Notes under the pieces: model-generated
What the model was told of the DNA's origin: nothing
Database searches by the model: none
Seen by the model: the letters and a program-made list of their open reading frames with translations, nothing else
Made by a program: the position numbers and the translations under genes
Assembly: GCA_023267435.1 (NCBI GenBank)
Contig: JAHFNH010000004.1
Span: 1,236-65,235 of the forward strand
Origin: Candidatus Nomurabacteria bacterium
GTDB taxonomy: Bacteria > Patescibacteriota > Minisyncoccia > Phycocordibacterales > UBA9973
DNA: 64,000 bases
Reading direction: 5' to 3'
Part shown: in pieces, positions 57,046-64,000 of the stretch
Position numbering within the stretch: position 1 is the first letter of the stretch
Layout of the letters: every line of letters begins with the position of its first letter

Positions 57046-58308
57046 ATGATTAATTCATTGGGTTTTTTTGTTTCTTATGTTTTTTCGGCAGTTTGGCCTG
57101 TCCTTGGATTGGCGTTTCTTGGCTATCTTGCTTGGCTTTTTTGGCATCATTATGTAGAACACGATTTTATTTCTGGAATTGATTGGGTCTTGCTTGAAAT
57201 AGTTCCTCCACGAGATGTGTTAAGGTCTCCCAAGGCAATGGAACTTTTTTTCACTAACGGTCTTTACCATTTGAGCAATAAGGGGTTTGTTGAAAAATAT
57301 TGGCTTGGAGCAGTTCAGTTGTGGTTCTCGCTTGAGATAGTTTCAATTGGCGGACAAGTTCATTTTTATATTAGAACACCTTCTCGTTTGAAAGGATTGA
57401 TTGAAACGCAGTTGTACGCGCAATATCCTCAAGCACAAGTAAAATTAGCCGAGGATTATACTTTAGCTGTAAATAATATTTCCCCTGAAAGCGGATGGGA
57501 TCTTTGGGGCTGTGAATTTACTTTGGCAAAACCTGATGCGTATCCGATAAAAACTTATGTTGATTTCGGTTTAGATAAAGATCCAAAAGAAGAATATAAA
57601 GTTGATCCTATTTCTCCGGTAATAGAACTTTTTGGTTCTATCGAAAAAGGTGAACAAGTATGGATGCAGATAGTCATAGCGCCTTCACAGAAAAAATATC
57701 ATACTCACGGCACATGGTTTGGACATCATGGATGGGTGGAAGAATCAGAGCATATGATGAAGGAGCTGACAGAAAAATATACAAAGAGTAAAGAAGCAGG
57801 TGAGGATGGTTTTGCTCAAATGTTACCAAAGTGGGTAAGTCCAGTTTTGGAAGGTATGAATACTAAAAGTACTAAAGCTGGATTTGATACTGGTATCAGA
57901 GTTTGTTATGTGGCAAAAAAAGAAAATTTTCAAAACAACAGCAAGCGTAATCTACGTTTGATTTTTCGACAATATGATATATCGACTCTCAATAGTTTCA
58001 AGCGTGTGAATACGACGAGCTTCAGTCATTTTTGGCAGTTTTCTCCATCTGCGCTTTTTAAATTGAAAGAAAGAATGCTTTTAGAATACAGAGAAAGAGC
58101 TTTTCTTTATCCTCCGCTTATTCATCATATTCCTATTCCGTTTCCTGTTTCATTATTTTTTCCAAAATATAATCATTCCAATATTAGCGTTCTAAACACA
58201 GAAGAGCTGGCTACGATTTTCCATTTCCCAGGTCAGATATTGAAAGTACCTACCCTCGAACGTATCGAGTCCAAAGAAGCTGCTCCTCCAACTAATTTGC
58301 CTATGTAG
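57046..58308 (+). CDS. hypothetical membrane protein (420 aa)
   Basis: Two N-terminal TM helices then a large soluble domain. No family recognised. Confidence 0.4.
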   Translation: MINSLGFFVSYVFSAVWPVLGLAFLGYLAWLFWHHYVEHDFISGIDWVLLEIVPPRDVLRSPKAMELFFTNGLYHLSNKGFVEKYWLGAVQLWFSLEIVSIGGQVHFYIRTPSRLKGLIETQLYAQYPQAQVKLAEDYTLAVNNISPESGWDLWGCEFTLAKPDAYPIKTYVDFGLDKDPKEEYKVDPISPVIELFGSIEKGEQVWMQIVIAPSQKKYHTHGTWFGHHGWVEESEHMMKELTEKYTKSKEAGEDGFAQMLPKWVSPVLEGMNTKSTKAGFDTGIRVCYVAKKENFQNNSKRNLRLIFRQYDISTLNSFKRVNTTSFSHFWQFSPSALFKLKERMLLEYRERAFLYPPLIHHIPIPFPVSLFFPKYNHSNISVLNTEELATIFHFPGQILKVPTLERIESKEAAPPTNLPM

Positions 58309-58311
58309 TTT

Positions 58312-59253
58312 ATGGAAACTTCTCCAACAAATAATCCAGTTATTTTTCCCGATAATAATTTTAACCAAGATAACTTTTTAAAGAAGGCGATCTTTTATGT
58401 TTTTGGAATAATTTTTGTTTTAATTTGTTTTTATTTTTTATTTTTCAGTGCACCTGGTAATTTTCCAGCAGGTCAAATATTAAACATCGAACAGGGAGCA
58501 AGCTTGAGACATATCTCCAAAGATTTTCAAGCAAAGCATATTATTACTTCCAGAATAGCTTTTGAAACCTTTGTTATTTTTTATGGAGGTGAAAAACATA
58601 TAGTGCCCGGAGATTATCTTTTTGAAAATAAAACTTCTGTTTTTGAAGTGGCTCGAAGAATTTCATACGGAGATCATCATTTATTGCCGAATAAAGTTAC
58701 AATTCCGGAAGGATTTAATGTTTCGGATATTAGTAATGCTATGTCTTTGAAATTGCCAAGTTTCAATAAAGATAAATTCTTGTCAGAGGCAAAACCTAAA
58801 GAAGGTTATCTTTTTCCAGACACTTATTTTTTCTTCTCCACAGCAAATGAAGGAGATGTTTTAAAAGCGATGAGTGATAATTTTGATAAAAAAATAAAAC
58901 CTATTTTGCCTGAAATTAATTCTTCCGGCAAGTCTGAAAAAGATATTATTACCATGGCATCAATCATTGAACGTGAAGCGAAAGGTGATGCGGACAGAGG
59001 AGTTATATCTGGTATTCTTTGGAATAGGTTGAGTAAAGACATGCCACTTCAGGTGGATGCTGCACCGGAGACTTACAAGACAAAAGGATTACCAAGTAGT
59101 CCGATTTCAAACCCAGGACTTGAAGCGATAAAGGCTGCAATTCATCCAGAAAATTCACCTTATCTTTTTTATCTACATGACAAAAATGGTATTATTCATT
59201 ATGCAGTTAATTTCACTGAGCATAAGAAAAATATTGCAAAATATCTCAAATAG
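58312..59253 (+). CDS. mltG: endolytic murein transglycosylase MltG (YceG-like)
   Basis: N-terminal TM. IIEREAKGDADRGVISGILWNRL...LQVDAAPETYKTKGLPSSPISNPG...HYAVNFTEHKKN matches the YceG pattern. Confidence 0.7.
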   Translation: METSPTNNPVIFPDNNFNQDNFLKKAIFYVFGIIFVLICFYFLFFSAPGNFPAGQILNIEQGASLRHISKDFQAKHIITSRIAFETFVIFYGGEKHIVPGDYLFENKTSVFEVARRISYGDHHLLPNKVTIPEGFNVSDISNAMSLKLPSFNKDKFLSEAKPKEGYLFPDTYFFFSTANEGDVLKAMSDNFDKKIKPILPEINSSGKSEKDIITMASIIEREAKGDADRGVISGILWNRLSKDMPLQVDAAPETYKTKGLPSSPISNPGLEAIKAAIHPENSPYLFYLHDKNGIIHYAVNFTEHKKNIAKYLK

Positions 59254-59258
59254 ATATC

Positions 59259-59789
59259 ATGAAAAAACACAACTTATCTTTTATTGATATAGAAACCACT
59301 GGGCTCAATTTAGTTGAAAATGAGATTATTGAAATTGGTTGTGTTATTGTGGATACTTCTTTAAATATAGTCGAAGAGTTTGAGTTAAAAATAAAACCAC
59401 TACATATTAAAACTGCTGATCCTGTATCTCTTAAAATAACTCACTATGATCCAAAAAATTGGGAAGAGGCTATTACCCTGAATGAAGCTATAAAAATTTT
59501 AGCTGATAAAACAGAGAACACTACATTGGTTGGACATAATATTTCTTTCGACGCTTCTTTTTTAGAAAAAGCTTTTTGTGATACTGGAATTAAAAAGAAA
59601 TTTTTCCATTATCATTTGCTTGATACTGTTTCGATTGCTTTTACTAAGTTGCATGACAAAAGTGATATTGAGAAACTTACTCTTCATGAATTATGTGAAT
59701 ATTTCAATATAAAAAATGAACATGAACACACCGCGCTTTCAGATGCTCGTGCAGACTTCGAGCTTTACAAAAAGCTGATGAACTTGTAA
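59259..59789 (+). CDS. DnaQ-like 3'-5' exonuclease (DEDDh, Pol III epsilon family)
   Basis: Exo I SFIDIETTGL, Exo II VGHNISFDASFL, Exo III HTALSDAR. Confidence 0.65.
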   Translation: MKKHNLSFIDIETTGLNLVENEIIEIGCVIVDTSLNIVEEFELKIKPLHIKTADPVSLKITHYDPKNWEEAITLNEAIKILADKTENTTLVGHNISFDASFLEKAFCDTGIKKKFFHYHLLDTVSIAFTKLHDKSDIEKLTLHELCEYFNIKNEHEHTALSDARADFELYKKLMNL

Positions 59790-59801
59790 AATCGAAACAT
59801 C

Positions 59802-60950
59802 TTGATAAAGCAAAAGAAAACTATATTTGTCGGTATGTCGGGTGGGGTGGATTCTTCTGTTTCCGCTGCTATTTTAAAAGACCAAGGATATGATGTCGTT
59901 GGGGTTTTTATTCGTACCTGGCATCCTGATTTTTTGGTTTGTAATGAAGAAGACGAACGCCGCGACGCTATGCGCGTCGCGGCGCATTTAGATATTCCAT
60001 TTCTGACTTTCGATCTTGCAGATGTATATAAAAAAGAAGTGGCTGATTATATGATTTCTGAATATAAGGCAGGACGCACTCCAAACCCAGATGTGATGTG
60101 TAATAAAGAAGTGAAGTTTGGCGCTTTTCTAAAAAAGGCACTAGAGATGGGTGCGGATTATGTGGCGACAGGGCATTATGCGCAGGTTTCATTAAATAAA
60201 AATTTAAAAGATTTTGGAGCCTTCGCCCTTGGAGAATTAAAGAGAGGGGGCTCTAAAAATCTTTCAAATTTTTCTTTAATTAAAGGCAAAGACCCTTCCA
60301 AAGATCAATGTTATTTTTTGTGGACATTAAAACAAGAACAACTAAAACATATTTTATTTCCAGTGGGACATTTAAATAAAACAGCTGTGAGAAAACTGGC
60401 GAAGAAATATAAATTACCAGTAGCAGAAAAGAAAGATAGTCAGGGTATATGTTTCTTGGGTGATATTGATTTGAAAGATTTTTTGAAACACTATATTAAA
60501 GAAAAAAGAGGGAAAATTTTGCTAGAAAATGGTGAAGAAATTGGATTCCATGACGGTGCGGTTTTCCATACTCTCGGTGAACGTCATGGTTTTACAATTA
60601 CCAAAAAAGGTCCGAATGATAGTGCGTATTATATTGTCGGAAAAGACGTAAAGAAAAATATTTTAGTTGTTTCGCAGAACCCCTCCCAACCCTCCCCTTA
60701 TCAAGGGGAGGGCGAGGGTGGGGTAATTAAAAAATTAGATAATGTGAATTTTATTTCAGGTATTCCAAATGAAAATAAAAATTATACAGCGCAGATAAGA
60801 TATCACGGAGAATTTTTAGATTGTAAAATTAAAATTACTGGAAAAACAACCGTTGAAGTAATTTTTGAAAAACCAGTATTAGTAGCGGGAGGTCAATCGG
60901 TAGTCTTTTATGATAAAGATATTTGTCTTGGCGGGGGAGTAATTATTTAG
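59802..60950 (+). CDS. mnmA: tRNA-specific 2-thiouridylase MnmA, carrying two in-frame palindromic-element insertions
   Basis: PP-loop VGMSGGVDSSV. CNKEVKFGAFL…ATGHYA, DPSKDQCYFL motifs. Extra segments FGAFALGELKRGGSKNLSNF and PSQPSPYQGEGEGG. Confidence 0.85.
   Translation: MIKQKKTIFVGMSGGVDSSVSAAILKDQGYDVVGVFIRTWHPDFLVCNEEDERRDAMRVAAHLDIPFLTFDLADVYKKEVADYMISEYKAGRTPNPDVMCNKEVKFGAFLKKALEMGADYVATGHYAQVSLNKNLKDFGAFALGELKRGGSKNLSNFSLIKGKDPSKDQCYFLWTLKQEQLKHILFPVGHLNKTAVRKLAKKYKLPVAEKKDSQGICFLGDIDLKDFLKHYIKEKRGKILLENGEEIGFHDGAVFHTLGERHGFTITKKGPNDSAYYIVGKDVKKNILVVSQNPSQPSPYQGEGEGGVIKKLDNVNFISGIPNENKNYTAQIRYHGEFLDCKIKITGKTTVEVIFEKPVLVAGGQSVVFYDKDICLGGGVII
60207..60268. repeat. palindromic element (arms aaaagattttggagcc / ggctctaaaaatcttt) in frame inside mnmA
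   Basis: Shares ttttggagccttcgccct with the uvrC copy. Inverted AT-rich arms around a GC-rich core. Confidence 0.75.
60679..60724. repeat. GC-rich palindrome (cccaaccctcccc-ttatcaa-ggggagggcgagggtgggg) in frame inside mnmA
   Basis: Same arm motif (accctcccc / ggggaggg..gggtgggg) as repeat B at 24975-25064. Sharp GC spike within an AT-rich gene. Confidence 0.7.
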
Positions 60951-60958
60951 AAATGAAG

Positions 60959-61001
60959 CATACGGAGGAAAATCCTCCGTATGTTGAGCTTGCTTTTTGA
61001 A
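60959..61001 (+). terminator. Rho-independent terminator after mnmA
   Basis: gcatacggagg-aaaa-cctccgtatg followed by a T-rich tract. Confidence 0.5.
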
Positions 61002-61069
61002 CTTTTTATGGTATACTTTTTGTAGATAGCAATATTGCTATTTGATAATTAAAAAAAGGAGGACAAACC

Positions 61070-61804
61070 ATGAAAAATGGAACCGATTCCCAAAAGCCGA
61101 GCCTGTCAGACAGAATACAGCAACTCGGATCACTTGCTGGATTTATCGTAGATTTTCTAGCAACAATTTTATCCTATGAACAAGTCAAATATTGGCTTGA
61201 ACATAAAACAGAATTAAAGAAAAATCTTATAGAAGCTTTTAAAATTGTAGATGAGTATGCTGATACCCGCGAAGAATGGCAAGAATTTTACAAAATAAAA
61301 TTTGGTTGGGATGTAGATTTTAGTCGAGTAATTATTCCAACAATGCCAATAGAAGGCAAATGGAGATTACTTATTCTTCCGAGAAGAATGGGACTCGATC
61401 TTGCTTTTGAAGCTTGCACAAAACTTTTTAAAACATGTAGGTATAATGATAACTTGGATGGTGCAGTTACAGAAAATATTCGCACAACTAGTGACCATTA
61501 TGCAGTGTGGGTACGAGATGAAATAGAACCCGATAAAGAATTTTTAGGAAAATCCACTCGTCAAGCGGATCCTGATATGAAAATCGGTGTTACTCTACTA
61601 GAAAGAATTATTTTTGAAATTAAGTATTTTACCGAAACAGGTAAGCATCTTGATGTAAAAGGATTAACTTTTTGTAGCGGTTCTCGGCCTTCCGTGGGTC
61701 TTGTGCCGTGCGCGGATTGGTACGGTGACAAGTTCAGGGTGGACTGGAGCGGCCTAGACAATTCTGATTCGGGCTACGGTATCCGTTCAGCAGTTGCTCT
61801 TTAG
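61070..61804 (+). CDS. hypothetical protein (244 aa), preceded by a canonical AAAGGAGG Shine-Dalgarno; GC-rich 3' end
   Basis: Only strong SD in the window (aaaaaaaggaggacaaaccATG). The 3' third is notably GC-rich. No family recognised. Confidence 0.5.
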   Translation: MKNGTDSQKPSLSDRIQQLGSLAGFIVDFLATILSYEQVKYWLEHKTELKKNLIEAFKIVDEYADTREEWQEFYKIKFGWDVDFSRVIIPTMPIEGKWRLLILPRRMGLDLAFEACTKLFKTCRYNDNLDGAVTENIRTTSDHYAVWVRDEIEPDKEFLGKSTRQADPDMKIGVTLLERIIFEIKYFTETGKHLDVKGLTFCSGSRPSVGLVPCADWYGDKFRVDWSGLDNSDSGYGIRSAVAL

Positions 61805-61825
61805 TTTTTTAACTTTTAATATTAG

Positions 61826-61860
61826 AACCGTTTGCAAAATTTGCAGGCGGTTTTTTCTTT
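61826..61860 (+). terminator. Rho-independent terminator
   Basis: aaccgtttgcaaaatttgcaggcggtt followed by ttttttcttttt. Confidence 0.6.
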
Positions 61861-61889
61861 TTGCATTCATTTTTGGCTTAAAGTATAAT
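61861..61889 (+). promoter_or_regulatory. sigma70-type promoter TTGCAT-17-TATAAT, 6 nt upstream of the mgtC ATG (leaderless)
   Basis: The -10 ends at 61889; the ATG is at 61896. Confidence 0.5.
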
Positions 61890-61895
61890 GGTTCT

Positions 61896-62366
61896 ATGTC
61901 TCAATATTTAATGCAAAATAGTGATTTAATTTTAAGGTTAGTGGTGGCTGTAGTGCTCGGTATGGTTATCGGAGCAGAAAGGCTTTTAGTGCACAAAGAA
62001 GCTGGAATGAAGACTCACGCGCTTGTTTCTATGGGTGCAGCGGTTTTTATGTTGGTCTCTGAAGCAATGGTAGTTAAATATATTAATCTTCCCGGTATGA
62101 ATCCAGTAATGATGCCTTCACAGATTATCGTCGGTATCGGTTTTCTTGGTGCTGGTTTAATTATTTTACAAGGCAATAGACTTATGGGCCTTACGACAGC
62201 TGGAGGGCTTTGGGTTACAGCTGGCATAGGTATGGCGGCAGGTTTCGGACTTTATAGTCTCGCAATTATTTCAACTATTTTGGTACTCTTTATTTTTATT
62301 GCTATGAATATTTTAGAGAAGCCACTCAGAAAAATTTCAGACGGTATGGAAAATCATTCTGATTAG
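61896..62366 (+). CDS. mgtC: MgtC/SapB-family membrane protein
   Basis: VVAVVLGMVIGAERLLVHKEAGMKTHALVSMGAAVFMLVS matches the MgtC N-terminal motif. The track ORF starts earlier, at 61794. Confidence 0.6.
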   Translation: MSQYLMQNSDLILRLVVAVVLGMVIGAERLLVHKEAGMKTHALVSMGAAVFMLVSEAMVVKYINLPGMNPVMMPSQIIVGIGFLGAGLIILQGNRLMGLTTAGGLWVTAGIGMAAGFGLYSLAIISTILVLFIFIAMNILEKPLRKISDGMENHSD

Positions 62367-62381
62367 ATAATCATCTTTTAA

Positions 62382-64000
62382 ATGGAATCAAAAAAGTTTT
62401 TGGATTATCTAAATAAAAAGTATTTTAATCTTCATAAAAATTACGAAGAACTTTTTTGGATTTCTTATATGGGTGATCATTCTGTCGACAATAAAAAAGA
62501 TGAAGCTCAAAAATTGCGCGATGAATTTAGGTCAGATCCAATACTTCTCGATAAGGTAAATATTTTTTTACGAAAAGACAATAATAAAGACAAGAAGCGC
62601 CTTTTGGCTTGGAAAATGTTTTTTGAAAGACACCAGACTCCGATAGAGCTCTTGAGTTTGAAAAATAAAATTATCAAATTAGAATCCGAAATAATGCGCA
62701 AAAGGGCTGCAAGAAAGGAAGGATATATCGAACCAAAAACAAAAAAATTCGTTAATGCATCCGAGAATGAAATGAGAATGATTAAGAGCACTCATTCGAA
62801 CGAAGATGTTCGCAAGGCCGCCTTTTATGCGATGGAGAACCTTGCTGTAACGTCTCTAAAAGAATATGTTCAATTGGTGGCATTGTTAAATCAATATGCC
62901 AAGAAAATGGGTTTTGAAGATTTTTATGCTTATAAGATAAACATAGAAGAAGGTTTAACTAAAAAAGAACTTTTTAAAATATTTGATGAGATTTTTGAAA
63001 AAACAAAATATGCCTATAAAGATATCAGAAAAATGGAAAAAAAAATACAAGGCTTGAGAAAGCCGTGGAATTTCAGTTATATGCTTTCGGGTGATTTTAC
63101 TAAAGAAGAAGATCCATATTTCCAATTTGAAGATGCGCTTATGAGATGGGGTCAATCTTTTTCAGCTTTAAATATAAAATATAGGGGCGGGGAATTGAAA
63201 CTTGATTTACTCGACCGCAAGGGAAAATGGAGTAATGGTTTTTGTCATTGGCCGAGGATAGTTTATTACGAAAATAATAAGAGATTTCCCGGTGCTTCGA
63301 ATTTTACTTGCAACGTTGTTTTTGGGCAAGTCGGTTCTGGTGCTCAAGGAATACACACTCTTTTCCATGAGGGCGGACATGCAGCACATCTTTTGAATTC
63401 TACTGAAACAGAATCATGTTTAAATCAGGAATATCCTCCAATGTCGACAGCTTGGGCTGAAACTCAAAGTATGTTTCTAGATACGCTTTTTTCAAGTATT
63501 GAATGGAAAACAAGATATGCTAAAAACAAAAATGGAGATCTTTATCCTTTTAGTTTATTTGAACGCAAAGCGAAAAAACTTTATCCTCTTTGGCCTCTCT
63601 CTATGAGAAGTATAATGTATGTCATGAATTTTGAGAAAGAAATTTATGAAGCGAAAAATTTAACTGAAGATAAAGTGAAGCTCATTTCTAAAAAGATTTA
63701 TAAAAAATATATGGATTTTACCGAAGACTCGCTTTCTATTCTCAATGTTCCGCATATTTATTCTTGGGAAAGTATTTGTTCTTATCATTCGTACGGTTTA
63801 GCTGAAATTTCTTTGTCACAATGGAGGGATTATTTTTATAAAAAATACGGATATATTGTAGATAATCCTAATGTGGGAAAAGAAATGACTAAAGTTTGGA
63901 AATTCGCGGCTTCAAAAAGTTATAAAGAAACAGTGAAGATTGCCACAGGGGAAAATCTTTCCGCGAAAAGTTATATAAATAATGTTACGATGAGTTTATC
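62382..64000 (+). CDS. M3-family oligoendopeptidase (PepF-like), 3'-partial (runs off the window)
   Basis: Open frame from ATG 62382 to the window end. HEGGHAAH zinc-binding HExxH motif at ~63365. Confidence 0.55.
   Translation, partial: MESKKFLDYLNKKYFNLHKNYEELFWISYMGDHSVDNKKDEAQKLRDEFRSDPILLDKVNIFLRKDNNKDKKRLLAWKMFFERHQTPIELLSLKNKIIKLESEIMRKRAARKEGYIEPKTKKFVNASENEMRMIKSTHSNEDVRKAAFYAMENLAVTSLKEYVQLVALLNQYAKKMGFEDFYAYKINIEEGLTKKELFKIFDEIFEKTKYAYKDIRKMEKKIQGLRKPWNFSYMLSGDFTKEEDPYFQFEDALMRWGQSFSALNIKYRGGELKLDLLDRKGKWSNGFCHWPRIVYYENNKRFPGASNFTCNVVFGQVGSGAQGIHTLFHEGGHAAHLLNSTETESCLNQEYPPMSTAWAETQSMFLDTLFSSIEWKTRYAKNKNGDLYPFSLFERKAKKLYPLWPLSMRSIMYVMNFEKEIYEAKNLTEDKVKLISKKIYKKYMDFTEDSLSILNVPHIYSWESICSYHSYGLAEISLSQWRDYFYKKYGYIVDNPNVGKEMTKVWKFAASKSYKETVKIATGENLSAKSYINNVTMSL

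Overview
A 64 kb, AT-rich (roughly one-third GC) fragment of a bacterial chromosome with the look of a reduced Patescibacteria/CPR-type genome. Genes are densely packed, Shine-Dalgarno motifs are mostly absent, and many mRNAs look leaderless or short-leadered. IF2 is short, UvrC lacks the C-terminal HhH domain, and UvrA/MurE are compact. There are many secreted or membrane-anchored repeat proteins.

Housekeeping content: uvrA, a truncated uvrC, a ddl-like ATP-grasp ligase, secA-murE-murD-murC, rpsA, gyrA, rbfA-infB, a class V cysteine desulfurase, clpB, typA, mltG, a DnaQ-like exonuclease, mnmA, an MgtA-type P-type ATPase, mgtC, a Fur-family regulator with a metal ABC transporter operon, a polysaccharide deacetylase, and five tRNAs (Leu-TAG, Lys-CTT, Leu-TAA, Cys-GCA on the minus strand; Tyr-GTA on the plus strand). 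No rRNA, CRISPR array or transposase was recognised.

Most notable observations:
1. Short palindromic elements with AT-rich inverted arms and a GC-rich core sit inside, and in frame with, three conserved genes (uvrC, the cysteine desulfurase, mnmA), reminiscent of Rickettsia palindromic elements. A second, GC-rich palindrome family occurs in frame in mnmA and brackets a DUF559 endonuclease-like gene.
2. A ~33-nt GC-rich hairpin repeat recurs in 5' leader or small-RNA positions (upstream of uvrA, a pilin-like gene, typA, and a related hairpin before secA).
3. A locus (29.0-35.7 kb) carries a tandem array of four small two-helix TrbC/VirB2-like (T4SS-pilin-like) proteins, an adhesin-repeat::pilin-like fusion, a membrane-anchored solute-binding-like protein, and an SPFH/NfeD-like membrane pair.
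4. Three tandem diversifying paralogs have prepilin-like N-termini (20.2-22.9 kb).
5. A 1783-aa NHL/Ig-like/peptidoglycan-binding surface protein carries a recent internal tandem duplication.
6. Several candidate structured RNAs were seen: a promoter-to-terminator unit at 12.37-12.52 kb, a 179-nt structured spacer between two tRNAs, and a structured region at the 5' end of the window.
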